Origin: a phage
Sequence record: PZ179883.1
Direction: 5' to 3' (one strand)
Length of the DNA stretch: 64,000 bases
In this document: piece after piece, positions 23,229 through 33,252 of the stretch
Numbering within the stretch: the first letter of the stretch is position 1
How the letters are laid out: every line of letters begins with the position of its first letter
Program-made: the position numbers and the translations under genes
The notes under the pieces: generated by a model
Databases searched by the model: none
Told to the model about the DNA's origin: nothing
The model's input: only the letters and a program-made list of their open reading frames with translations

Positions 23229-24997
23229 AAAAGCCACAAGAAATGCAAACGATGCGTAGAAAAGTTATTTCAGATAATAAACCAACACAGGAAGCGGCTA
23301 AATCCGCTTCTAACACTTTATCTGGACTTAACGATATATCTACGAAATTGGATGATGCTCAAGCTGCTTCTGAATTAATTGCTCAAACTGTCGAAGAAAA
23401 ATCGAATGAAATAATTGGAGCAATTGACAACGTAGAAAGCGCAGTGAGTGATACTACTGCCGGTTCTGAGTTAATTGCTGAAACTGTAGAAATTGGCAAC
23501 AATATTAATAAAGAAATCGGTGAATCACTCGGAAGTAAATTAGATAAATTAACGAGTTTACTAGAACAAAAAATTCAAACAGCTGGAATTCAACAGACAG
23601 GAACCAGCTTAGCTGTAGTCGAAAGTGCTATTCCCGTTAAAGTTGTTGAGGATGATACAGCTGAATTTGTTGGTCCATTATTACCAGCTCCTGAAGCAGT
23701 TAATAATGATCCTGACGCTGATTTTTTTCCTGCCCCTCAACCAGTTGAACCTAAGCGAGAGTCACCGGAAGAAAAACAGAAAAAAGAAGCATTTAATTTA
23801 AAATTATCTCAAGCTTTAGATAAATTAACAAAGACTGTTGATTTTGGATTTAAAAAATCCATTTCAATTACTGATAAAATATCAAGCATGCTATTTAAGT
23901 ATACTGTCAGTGCTGCTATTGAAGCTGCTAAAATGGTTGCATTAATAATGGCTGTTGTTATTGGAATAGACCTACTGATGGTTCATTTTAAATATTGGTC
24001 AGATAAATTTTCAAAAGCCTGGGATTTGTTTAGCACTGATTTTAAAACTTTTTCAAGCGAAACCGGAACTTGGGGTCCTTTATTACAGAGCATCTTTGAA
24101 TCTATTGATGAAATTAAAAAGTTCTGGGAAGCGGGAGATTGGGGCGGTTTGACGGTAGCTATTGTAGAAGGGCTTGGAAAGGTTCTTTATAATTTAGGAG
24201 AACTTATTCAGCTTGGAATGGCTAAATTATCAGCAGCAATTCTTCGAGTTATTCCTGGTATGAAAGATACTGCTGACGAAGTAGAAGGAAGAGCACTGGA
24301 AAATTTCCAAAATTCTACTGGAGCATCTCTCAATAAAGAAGACCAGGAAAAAGTTGCGAATTATCAAGATAAACGAATGAATGGAGACCTTGGTCCGATA
24401 GCAGAAGGACTAGACAAAATTGCTAATTGGAAAACTCGTGCATCTAACTGGATTCGTGGGGTTGATAATAAAGAAGCACTAACTACTGACGAAGAACGTG
24501 CAGCAGAAGAAGAAAAATTAAAGCAACTTTCACCTGAAGAAAGAAAAAATGCTTTAATGAAGGCTAATGAAGCCCGTGCCGCAATGATTCGCTTTGAAAA
24601 ATATGCTGATTCAGCTGATATGAGTAAAGACTCAACGGTTAAATCAGTTGAAGCTGCCTATGAAGACCTTAAAAAACGGATGGATGACCCGGATTTAAAT
24701 AATTCACCGGCAGTTAAAAAAGAACTTGCTGCTAGATTTTCTAAAATTGATGCTACATATCAAGAGCTCAAGAAAAATCAGCCTAATGCCAAACCTGAAA
24801 CTTCTGCTAAATCGCCAGAAGCAAAACAAGTCCAGGTAATAGAAAAGAACAAAGCACAGCAAGCTCCTGCTCAACAAGCATCTCCTTCGATCAATAATAC
24901 TAATAATGTTATTAAGAAAAATACTGTCGTTCATAATATGACACCCGTAACGAGCACGACTGCTCCCGGTGTATTTGATGCGACTGGAGTTAATTAA
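23225..24997 (+). CDS. 29: baseplate hub / tail length determinator
   Basis: 590 aa, matches T4 gp29. Confidence 0.96.
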   Translation: MKKPQEMQTMRRKVISDNKPTQEAAKSASNTLSGLNDISTKLDDAQAASELIAQTVEEKSNEIIGAIDNVESAVSDTTAGSELIAETVEIGNNINKEIGESLGSKLDKLTSLLEQKIQTAGIQQTGTSLAVVESAIPVKVVEDDTAEFVGPLLPAPEAVNNDPDADFFPAPQPVEPKRESPEEKQKKEAFNLKLSQALDKLTKTVDFGFKKSISITDKISSMLFKYTVSAAIEAAKMVALIMAVVIGIDLLMVHFKYWSDKFSKAWDLFSTDFKTFSSETGTWGPLLQSIFESIDEIKKFWEAGDWGGLTVAIVEGLGKVLYNLGELIQLGMAKLSAAILRVIPGMKDTADEVEGRALENFQNSTGASLNKEDQEKVANYQDKRMNGDLGPIAEGLDKIANWKTRASNWIRGVDNKEALTTDEERAAEEEKLKQLSPEERKNALMKANEARAAMIRFEKYADSADMSKDSTVKSVEAAYEDLKKRMDDPDLNNSPAVKKELAARFSKIDATYQELKKNQPNAKPETSAKSPEAKQVQVIEKNKAQQAPAQQASPSINNTNNVIKKNTVVHNMTPVTSTTAPGVFDATGVN

Positions 24998-25005
24998 GGA
25001 ATAAT

Positions 25006-26100
25006 ATGGCAATTGTTAAAGAAATAACTGCTGATTTAATTAAAAAGTCCGGTGAGAAAATTTCAGCCGGACAGAGTACTAAATCAGAAGTAGCAACTAA
25101 AACATACACTGCCCAGTTTCCAACTGGGCGTGCTAGTGGTAATGACACTACAGGAGACTTCCAGGTAACAGATCTATATAAGAATGGATTATTATTTACT
25201 GCATACAATATGTCATCTAGGGATTCTGGAAGTCTTAGATCGATGAGATCTAACTACTCTTCTTCATCTTCGAGTATTTTACGTACAGCCAGAAACACTA
25301 TCAGTAATACAGTATCAAAACTGTCAAATGGATTAATATCAGATAATAATTCAGGAACAATAAGTAAAGCTCCTGTCGCAAACATTCTTTTACCGAGATC
25401 TAAATCTGACGTTGATACGTCGTCACATAGATTTAATGATGTTCAAGAAAGTCTTATCAGCAGAGGCGGAGGTACTGCTACTGGTGTGCTAAGTAATATT
25501 GCTTCAACTGCAGTATTTGGGGCACTGGAAAGTATAACACAAGGTATAATGGCTGATAATAATGAACAGATTTATACGACAGCCAGAAGTATGTATGGTG
25601 GTGCTGAGAATAGAACTAAAGTGTTTACATGGGATTTGACTCCACGTTCAACAGAAGATTTAATGGCTATTATTAATATCTATCAATATTTTAACTATTT
25701 TTCTTATGGTGAAACTGGCAAATCTCAATATGCTGCTGAAATAAAGGGGTATTTAGATGATTGGTATCGTTCTACGTTAATTGAACCTTTATCTCCGGAA
25801 GACGCAGCTAAAAATAAAACACTATTTGAGAAAATGACATCGAGTTTAACTAACGTTCTAGTAGTTTCAAACCCGACAATTTGGATGGTGAAAAACTTTG
25901 GTGCAACATCTAAGTTTGATGGAAAAACGGAAATATTTGGCCCATGCCAAATACAAAGCATCAGATTTGATAAAACACCTAATGGTAACTTTAACGGATT
26001 AGCTATTGCTCCAAACCTCCCTAGTACATTTACTCTTGAGATTACTATGAGAGAAATTATCACGTTAAACCGTGCTTCTTTATATGCGGGGACTTTTTAA
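25006..26100 (+). CDS. 48: baseplate tail-tube cap
   Basis: 364 aa, matches T4 gp48. Confidence 0.95.
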   Translation: MAIVKEITADLIKKSGEKISAGQSTKSEVATKTYTAQFPTGRASGNDTTGDFQVTDLYKNGLLFTAYNMSSRDSGSLRSMRSNYSSSSSSILRTARNTISNTVSKLSNGLISDNNSGTISKAPVANILLPRSKSDVDTSSHRFNDVQESLISRGGGTATGVLSNIASTAVFGALESITQGIMADNNEQIYTTARSMYGGAENRTKVFTWDLTPRSTEDLMAIINIYQYFNYFSYGETGKSQYAAEIKGYLDDWYRSTLIEPLSPEDAAKNKTLFEKMTSSLTNVLVVSNPTIWMVKNFGATSKFDGKTEIFGPCQIQSIRFDKTPNGNFNGLAIAPNLPSTFTLEITMREIITLNRASLYAGTF

Positions 26101-27065
26101 TGTATTCTTTAGAGGAATTTAATAATCAAGCAATAAACGCAGATTTCCAACGTAATAATATGTTTAGCTGCGTTTTTGCGACAACTCCATCAACTAAAAG
26201 CTCTTCGTTGATAAGTTCAATTAGCAACTTTTCTTATAATAACTTGGGTCTAAATTCAGATTGGTTAGGATTGACTCAAGGCGATATTAATCAGGGAATT
26301 ACCACGCTAATTACTGCTGGCACACAAAAACTGATAAGAAAATCAGGGGTTAGTAAATATCTTATTGGTGCCATGAGTCAACGTACAGTTCAAAGTTTAT
26401 TAGGCTCATTTACAGTTGGTACATATTTAATTGACTTCTTTAACATGGCATATAACTCATCTGGATTGATGATATACTCTGTAAAAATGCCAGAGAATAG
26501 ATTATCCTATGAAACTGACTGGAACTATAATTCTCCTAATATTCGTATAACTGGGAGAGAATTAGACCCTTTGGTTATTTCATTCAGAATGGATTCAGAA
26601 GCTTGTAACTATCGTGCAATGCAAGACTGGGTTAACGCTGTTCAAGACCCAGTAACTGGATTGCGTGCTTTGCCGCAAGATGTCGAGGCAGATATTCAGG
26701 TTAATCTTCATGCTCGTAATGGATTACCTCATACTGCTGTGATGTTCACCGGATGCATTCCAGTGTCAGTGAGCGCTCCTGAGTTATCATATGATGGAGA
26801 TAATCAAATAACTACATTTGATGTTACTTTTGCGTATAGAGTCATGCAGGCTGGAGCAGTTGATAGACAAGCTGCGCTTGAATGGCTTGAATCTGCTGCT
26901 ATAAATGGCATTCAAAGCGTTCTCGGAAATAGTGGAGGTGTTACTGGACTATCTAATTCGCTTTCACGACTTAGTAGATTAGGAGGAACTGCTGGAAGCA
27001 TTTCAAACATTAATACTATGACGGGAATTGTCAACTCGCAAAGTAAAATATTAGGAGCAATATAA
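26100..27065 (+). CDS. 54: baseplate tail-tube initiator
   Basis: 321 aa, matches T4 gp54. Confidence 0.95.
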   Translation: MYSLEEFNNQAINADFQRNNMFSCVFATTPSTKSSSLISSISNFSYNNLGLNSDWLGLTQGDINQGITTLITAGTQKLIRKSGVSKYLIGAMSQRTVQSLLGSFTVGTYLIDFFNMAYNSSGLMIYSVKMPENRLSYETDWNYNSPNIRITGRELDPLVISFRMDSEACNYRAMQDWVNAVQDPVTGLRALPQDVEADIQVNLHARNGLPHTAVMFTGCIPVSVSAPELSYDGDNQITTFDVTFAYRVMQAGAVDRQAALEWLESAAINGIQSVLGNSGGVTGLSNSLSRLSRLGGTAGSISNINTMTGIVNSQSKILGAI

Positions 27066-27069
27066 CAAT

Positions 27070-27097
27070 GGGGACCTTTCGGTCCCCATGTTTTTAT
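27070..27097 (+). terminator. terminator after gene 54
   Basis: GGGGACC-UUUC-GGUCCCC hairpin followed by a T-rich run. Confidence 0.75.
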
Positions 27098-27384
27098 TTA
27101 CGGAATGAAATAAAAGCAGCAACTGAAGCAACTAAACTGTCTTCAATATAAACTTCAATTTTTACCGGAGCTTCTGACTCAAATTTACCTGTTACTACAC
27201 CTTGGAAAATGCTTTCAGTCTGTTCTGGCTTTGAAAAATTTTCAGAAGGAAAAATTCCGAACTTTTTATCTGTTCCAAAAATTTTAATAAATTCATCGTA
27301 AACTGCTTCATTAAAAGCGTTATCAGCAGGAATAACGCCTTCAACTACAAGTTCTTGACCTAAAAAGCGCAAAGAAGATTTCAT
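27094..27384 (-). CDS. hypothetical protein downstream of the alt pair
   Basis: 96-aa ORF; SD GAGGA 8 nt upstream of ATG. Confidence 0.7.
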   Translation of the reverse strand: MKSSLRFLGQELVVEGVIPADNAFNEAVYDEFIKIFGTDKKFGIFPSENFSKPEQTESIFQGVVTGKFESEAPVKIEVYIEDSLVASVAAFISFRK

Positions 27385-27392
27385 TTTATGTT

Positions 27393-27445
27393 CCTCATGT
27401 TATGTCAGTAAGATTATTATAACACAACACGAGGGACTTGTAAAC
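27393..27445 (-). promoter_or_regulatory. early (sigma70-type) promoter with dyad symmetry, repeat copy 1
   Basis: Minus strand GTTTAC-17/18 nt-TATAAT; inverted repeat CCTCGTGTT/AACATGAGG flanks -10; 50 of 53 nt identical to 43043-43095. Confidence 0.6.
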
Positions 27446-29502
27446 TACATTTTGAACTTTTTAGACATTCCGTTGATATTAACCAAAGAAGCCAAGATTT
27501 GAGAAACTTCGTTTTCCTCTTCTTTTGATTCTTCTACAAGGAATTGGTTAAATCCAGTCATTGGACGAACTTCACCAGTTTCCATTAGATGGTCGCCATC
27601 ATATACCGATTCTTCTAATTGTTCAGAAGGAGGAACGATTGTGCCTTCGATTAGATACTTGTTATAAGCAGTTTCTTTCATCATGTACGTACTCACTTTA
27701 TTAATCTTCAGTAAAATTCCACGTGGTAGAATAACTTCAGCTTCTGACGGAAATCCTGATAAATGACCCGGAACGATAACTTTGATTCGCTCAGCTCCTT
27801 TAATTACCATACCCACGCTAGTTTCAGCATCTTCATTCGCATAAGCAGAGTGACTACCCATATGCATTAAATCTTCAGCATCAACTGAACCTTCTCCTTC
27901 ACCAGAAAATACTGCACCAGAATCATCTAGAGCCATATAGTTTTTACCATACTCACCGAAGATATTTGGTTTAAGCGATGTGGATACGAAGTTCTTGAAA
28001 TAGAACATTTTATTTTCAATATTATGACGTAAAGTTTTAAAGGTAACTTCTTGTCCACGGTAAAGCGTAGTTCCTGGAGGAAGAACTGATCCTTTGGCAA
28101 AGGCAGAATCCATTGTCTCGATGTGTTTAATAGCTCGTTCCATGTATTCTTCACGAGTAGAATCTGGTTTACCTAAAAGGAACGAGTTCATTTCAACATA
28201 TGAATCTGCGCAATAATCTTCAATTACATCAGACTCAGCCCGAGTTAATCCTTTTGGGGGTACTTCAGTACTTGCATATTCATACGCTTGAGAAGCAGAC
28301 TCATTAATCAATTTATACACGCCATTCATGACAAATTGAACAATAGCTACCTTTTCATCTGGCGTGGCTTTAGAACCTTTAACTAAATCATTGATAATTT
28401 TCTTAATAACATCAAAGCTATTAGAAATATTAATGTCAGCAAGATCGCTTAAAATTTTATCAGTTTTATAATCAAAAAATTCTTTATTCTTTAAATATTC
28501 TTGAGAACCTTGATATGTTATATCGCTCTGTAACTTGATAGATGGATCACGTAAACGTGCATGAGCCAATGCAATATGATTTCGGAAGCTTTCTAGTTCA
28601 TAATCGCTAGATTTAAAACGAGAAGCGCTTCTCATACCACCGATAGCTCCTTTGCTGAAGTTTGAACCAACCTGAATAACGCCAGAGTTCATTGGTCCTT
28701 CTGCTTTATATACCGGAACTTTAGATTCAAACTCTTGATATTTCTTAGCAGCGAAGCTATCACCCTGAAGTGAAGCATCGACAGTAGAATATTGAGCTTG
28801 TGCTGCTAATCGACGACTAATTTTAGTTTTCTGAATAACAGCTTGGTCCGTGCGCTTATCATTTTCTAAAGCAATAGAAGCAGCAACAGCAACAGCTTTA
28901 GGAACAGCATTACCTGTTTTAACATCTACATAAACATCACCAACCTTTGATTCAACTTTTGTGAATAACTCAGTTGAAATAGGAGGTACACCTGGAATGT
29001 CTTCTAAATTGGCATTTTTACGATAAACCATAATATATGCGTACTTTTTATCATAATCCCAGATTTCCTTTAAAAGAACATATCGACCTGCTCCTTTAGT
29101 ACGTACTAAACGGTCAGCAATAACTTGCATTTGACGAGCAGCGCCATTTGTTTTACTCTTTAGTACGCGGAATAAGCATGCATCAATTTTATACTGTTTC
29201 ATTGTTTGAAGAGCAGTATCAAAAACAGCGTTAATGACGCCAATTGGATTTCCACCCAAGTTTCTAAGTTTAACCAGTGATAATTTCTCGTTGACACCTA
29301 TCATTACGATATGCATCATTTTATCGCCCGGCTTAACGTTTTTATTTGTATCACCTCCAGAGGTGTATGTACAAAATCTAAATCCAGGAAGCACGCTTTC
29401 TTCGCCGGCTTGAATAGCAAAAATTTGAGGTATTTTATGCTTAGGATTTAAGTTAACAACCGGCGCCGAAGCGCCGTCAAATAATTCTGTAATAAGTTCC
29501 AT
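27445..29502 (-). CDS. Alt-like ADP-ribosyltransferase (second tandem paralog)
   Basis: 685 aa; N-terminus MELITELFD shared with Alt; conserved TLYRGQ, FVSTSL and EAEVILPRG motifs; central region divergent. Confidence 0.85.
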   Translation of the reverse strand: MELITELFDGASAPVVNLNPKHKIPQIFAIQAGEESVLPGFRFCTYTSGGDTNKNVKPGDKMMHIVMIGVNEKLSLVKLRNLGGNPIGVINAVFDTALQTMKQYKIDACLFRVLKSKTNGAARQMQVIADRLVRTKGAGRYVLLKEIWDYDKKYAYIMVYRKNANLEDIPGVPPISTELFTKVESKVGDVYVDVKTGNAVPKAVAVAASIALENDKRTDQAVIQKTKISRRLAAQAQYSTVDASLQGDSFAAKKYQEFESKVPVYKAEGPMNSGVIQVGSNFSKGAIGGMRSASRFKSSDYELESFRNHIALAHARLRDPSIKLQSDITYQGSQEYLKNKEFFDYKTDKILSDLADINISNSFDVIKKIINDLVKGSKATPDEKVAIVQFVMNGVYKLINESASQAYEYASTEVPPKGLTRAESDVIEDYCADSYVEMNSFLLGKPDSTREEYMERAIKHIETMDSAFAKGSVLPPGTTLYRGQEVTFKTLRHNIENKMFYFKNFVSTSLKPNIFGEYGKNYMALDDSGAVFSGEGEGSVDAEDLMHMGSHSAYANEDAETSVGMVIKGAERIKVIVPGHLSGFPSEAEVILPRGILLKINKVSTYMMKETAYNKYLIEGTIVPPSEQLEESVYDGDHLMETGEVRPMTGFNQFLVEESKEEENEVSQILASLVNINGMSKKFKM

Positions 29503-29505
29503 GAT

Positions 29506-31554
29506 TTATCCTTGAACGAACTTGTAAGGCATGTTTGTAATATCTATGCAAGACGCAATAATTCCAAGAGATGATTCTACTTTCTGTTTAACATTTGATG
29601 AAACAAATGATGCAAAGTCAACTCTATCTTCTATATCACCTGTCATTGTAACTACTTCGCCGGTTTCCATTAAACGGTCACCGTCATAAATTACTGATTC
29701 GGTGAGTTCTTCGGTGGTCATAACTTCAGCTTGAATAAGCTTGTTGTTAGTTTTGACTGTTCCATCATTGTAAGATGCATCAGTTATTTTATTAACTTTG
29801 ACCATTAATCCACGTGGCAAAATGACTTCCATTTCATTTGAAGGCGCTAAACTTCCACCGGGTAAAACAACATTGACTTTATCAGCCCCAGTAATAACCC
29901 ATCCAATTCCGACTAAATTATCGCTAGAATTAACAAGCCCTTCATCATTTTTATCGATAGAAATGTTTAGACGCTTTTCATCTGGTAAAACACCAACAGC
30001 TGAATCAGTCATCCAAGTACCAAAAATGTTTGGATATAATGATGTTGATACAAAATTTCTAAAATAAAAAACTCGATTTTTTACCATTGCTTCGTATATT
30101 GAAGGTAACATTCGTTGTGAACGATACAAAGTAATACCTTTTGGTAATCGTTCACCATTTTTAAAGGCTGAATCTAAATTATCAATAGCTTTTTCTATGT
30201 CAGATGCTGTCAAAATACTTGTACGCTCATCTGGATTATATAATCCCAAAAGAGCATTATTTATGTCTACATATCCTGAACCTACGTATTCACGAATTCC
30301 GCGTTTTTGTGCTGGTGTGTATTTAGATGAATCTTTATTTTCGACTATAGGATGTAATGACCATCCAGCTGTAAGAGCATATCCACGTAATTCTCTTCGA
30401 ATAATCTTTGTTTTTATTGCATTCCAAGAATTTTGTACTAACTCATTTGCAGCATCTTGGTTTAAATGCGAATGTTTGTTAATATTTCTTTCAAACCAAG
30501 CACCTTTATATTTTTCTAAAGTATCATCGACGATAGAAGCAATAGTTTCTAAAGTTTTTATTGAAGTAATAGATTCTTTTCGTAATTTTTCTAAAGCTTT
30601 ATTTTTTATTTCTGCATTAATAATGGATTCTTTATCTTCAGGAATTATAGAAGCTTCTCTGAATGCCATCCCAGCTGTAACACTGCTAAGAGCATTCTCT
30701 AGTGCAAATCCTGAAGTAGAAATTACCGTTAATTCATTAGAATCAGAAATTAAAGGCGCGTCCGCTGGTTTATTTAATTCTGCCGCTGAAGCCTCAAATT
30801 TTTGAAACATCGGTGTTTCAAATCTAGAAGATTCCAATGACTGACTTTGTGCAATTGCTCTACGGGAAATTTTAACTTTAACGATTACAGCTTGGTCAGA
30901 ACGTTTATCATTTTCTTGTGCAATAGATGCTGCAATTGCCTCATTTTTGGTTACTTGAGCTCCGGTATCTTTATTGATATAAACATCACCGACCTTCGAT
31001 TCAACTTTAGTAAAGAGCTCGGTACTAATTTCCGGAACTCCTGGAATGTCTTCTAGTGATACATTTTTGCGATGTATAAGAATATATGCATACTTTTTAT
31101 CATAATCCCAGAGTTCCTTAAGAAGGACGTATCTGCCACCTGAACGACTACGGATAAGTCTATCAGCAATAAGTTGAATTTGTCGAGCTTGACCAGCAGT
31201 TTTAGACTTAAGAATACGAAGCATGCAGGCATCAATTTTATACTGACGCATCGTCTGCATTGCAACAGTAAAAACTGAATTGATATAATTAATTGGGCTT
31301 GGACCGAGACCTTTCAATTTAGCAATTGAACCTTTAGCAGTTAATGTAAAAGGAACAATGTGCATCATTTTATCGCCCATCTTTAGATCACGGTTAGTAT
31401 CACCTCCAGATGTATAGGTACATAAACGAAAGCCTGGTTGTTCAATTGCGTCATCAACATGAACTGAAAAAATTTGCGGTATTTTCTTCTTTGGATTTAA
31501 GTTTGTAATCGGAAGAGTAGTATCTTCGTCAAATAATTCTGTAATGAGTTCCAT
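29506..31554 (-). CDS. alt: Alt ADP-ribosyltransferase (capsid-packaged)
   Basis: 682 aa from MELITELFD; matches recalled T4 Alt; TLYRSQ, FVSTSL and EMEVILPRG motifs. Confidence 0.93.
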   Translation of the reverse strand: MELITELFDEDTTLPITNLNPKKKIPQIFSVHVDDAIEQPGFRLCTYTSGGDTNRDLKMGDKMMHIVPFTLTAKGSIAKLKGLGPSPINYINSVFTVAMQTMRQYKIDACMLRILKSKTAGQARQIQLIADRLIRSRSGGRYVLLKELWDYDKKYAYILIHRKNVSLEDIPGVPEISTELFTKVESKVGDVYINKDTGAQVTKNEAIAASIAQENDKRSDQAVIVKVKISRRAIAQSQSLESSRFETPMFQKFEASAAELNKPADAPLISDSNELTVISTSGFALENALSSVTAGMAFREASIIPEDKESIINAEIKNKALEKLRKESITSIKTLETIASIVDDTLEKYKGAWFERNINKHSHLNQDAANELVQNSWNAIKTKIIRRELRGYALTAGWSLHPIVENKDSSKYTPAQKRGIREYVGSGYVDINNALLGLYNPDERTSILTASDIEKAIDNLDSAFKNGERLPKGITLYRSQRMLPSIYEAMVKNRVFYFRNFVSTSLYPNIFGTWMTDSAVGVLPDEKRLNISIDKNDEGLVNSSDNLVGIGWVITGADKVNVVLPGGSLAPSNEMEVILPRGLMVKVNKITDASYNDGTVKTNNKLIQAEVMTTEELTESVIYDGDRLMETGEVVTMTGDIEDRVDFASFVSSNVKQKVESSLGIIASCIDITNMPYKFVQG

Positions 31555-31577
31555 CATATCCTCTCTAGTGTTTATTC

Positions 31578-31585
31578 TATTTATA
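31578..31585 (-). promoter_or_regulatory. late promoter TATAAATA (minus strand) upstream of alt
   Basis: Exact TATAAATA on minus strand about 20 nt upstream of alt ATG. Confidence 0.65.
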
Positions 31586-31590
31586 AAATT

Positions 31591-31607
31591 AAAGGCCCGA
31601 AGGCCTT
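31591..31607 (-). terminator. hairpin AAAGGCC-UUCG-GGCCUUU downstream of gene 30 operon
   Basis: UUCG-loop hairpin on the minus strand followed by AAUUUUAU. Confidence 0.5.
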
Positions 31608-31795
31608 TAATAATCTAATGGTAAGAGAGTACGATATATTTCAAACTTTGGCCCTTTTTCATAGGCATCAAATGTTTCTGTAAATTTATTATAAGCATAT
31701 GCATCTACAAATTCGAGAATGACTTGTGATACAGAAGTAGAAACATCTCCACCTTCTTTTTGAGCTATAACAATTGTTTCTAAGTAAGCTTTCAT
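31607..31795 (-). CDS. hypothetical protein between gene 30 and alt
   Basis: 62-aa ORF overlapping gene 30 stop by 4 nt. Confidence 0.6.
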   Translation of the reverse strand: MKAYLETIVIAQKEGGDVSTSVSQVILEFVDAYAYNKFTETFDAYEKGPKFEIYRTLLPLDY

Positions 31796-33252
31796 AGACC
31801 AGTTACCTCATGAAAATCACCAAATACATCCTCGAATGTATTAGCTTTAGTTTTATCTTCACGTAAACGAATCGCAATCGGAAGAAATAATTTAACGTAA
31901 TCAGTGCGGCCATCAGATTTTAACCAACCGTTGCATTCGCACTCTAGAATTTTTCCAATATAATAATTTTGGTTTTCCATAATGCGAGTACGGTCAAGTT
32001 CATGTGATTTTACACCAGCTTTATCTTTTAAACCTGAACCAGCATTTACCTTAATTTTTCCACACTCTGATTCAAGAATAAATCCACCTGCTTTAGTAGG
32101 GTCTTTACGGTGAGGATAAATTCCTACAATTTTTAAATCAACATCAATTACTTCTTTAAATTTATAGAGATTTTTTGAACGAGCATTTTCCCACAATCCA
32201 TCGGTATTTTTGAGAATAATACCTTCAAGACCTCGGTCAATATATTTTTTATAAATTACCTTAGCTTCATCTAGGTTATTTACTACCTGGTTTTCAATTA
32301 AAATTACTTTATCATATCCTGATGTCATTTGTTCTAGTTTAGAAAAACGTACATCATATTTTAAACGAAACGCCGGAAGACCGTATATTTCTACCAACGG
32401 GACATAATCCCAGACCTGAAACTTCATACATTTGGCTTCTTTTTCTGAAATAGTTCCCTTTAAAGATTTATTGGCGATTCCATTAGAAGCAGTACGAGAT
32501 TCAGCTACTTCAGCAAACTCTTTAACTTTACTATTTTCAGGAGAGTCAAAAAGAAAATCTAGGCCTTCTGGCTCCTTTTCAACTTGCTCATGGTATACCA
32601 ATTCGCCATCAATTAACACACCTTCTGGATGAATCTGACGGACTTCAGCAGTCATTTTGATTAACTCTTCCTTAAGAAGATCTAATCCTAGATATTCATT
32701 GCCAGCTCGTGATAAAAGACGAACATCATCTAATTCATCACCTCGGACTTCAGCAAAACACCGAGCTCCATCTGCTTTTAACTGCGCAAAAGCTGGAAAC
32801 TTGATATTCTTACTAATGCCTTTTTCATCATAAGAACTTGCCAGCATTTGAGGTTGTTCAGGAATTAAACCTGGCCAAACTTTGTTTGCAATAGATACTG
32901 AAGCACCACATTCAAGGTCTCGCATCATAACTCGACGCAAAACTTCAACATCATCCTTTTTACCATCGGTGATATACCCGATTAATTCCTCAATTGCTGC
33001 ATTTCCAGTCAATTTCCGAGTAGCTAACGTGAATTCAATGAAGTCAAGCATATCGGTAATAGTCAACATTCCAAAACTCTGGGTAGCAATACCAGGTTTA
33101 GGCCATTTCTTGATATAATACTGTAACCCACGAGAATAAGTCAGACGATATACTCGTTTAAGCAATTCATTATCTTTATTCTTTTCAAGAATTGCTTGCT
33201 TCTGCTTAGTTGATCCAATAGATGCTATTTCATTCAGAATTTTAAGAATCAT
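31792..33252 (-). CDS. 30: ATP-dependent DNA ligase
   Basis: 486 aa; KADGAR adenylation motif; matches T4 ligase. Confidence 0.97.
   Translation of the reverse strand: MILKILNEIASIGSTKQKQAILEKNKDNELLKRVYRLTYSRGLQYYIKKWPKPGIATQSFGMLTITDMLDFIEFTLATRKLTGNAAIEELIGYITDGKKDDVEVLRRVMMRDLECGASVSIANKVWPGLIPEQPQMLASSYDEKGISKNIKFPAFAQLKADGARCFAEVRGDELDDVRLLSRAGNEYLGLDLLKEELIKMTAEVRQIHPEGVLIDGELVYHEQVEKEPEGLDFLFDSPENSKVKEFAEVAESRTASNGIANKSLKGTISEKEAKCMKFQVWDYVPLVEIYGLPAFRLKYDVRFSKLEQMTSGYDKVILIENQVVNNLDEAKVIYKKYIDRGLEGIILKNTDGLWENARSKNLYKFKEVIDVDLKIVGIYPHRKDPTKAGGFILESECGKIKVNAGSGLKDKAGVKSHELDRTRIMENQNYYIGKILECECNGWLKSDGRTDYVKLFLPIAIRLREDKTKANTFEDVFGDFHEVTGL

Noticed and set aside
29506-31557. Possibility that the tandem alt copies are an assembly duplication artefact
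   Set aside because: The copies are strongly diverged in the central third and at many other positions, so they are genuine paralogs rather than a collapsed or expanded repeat.
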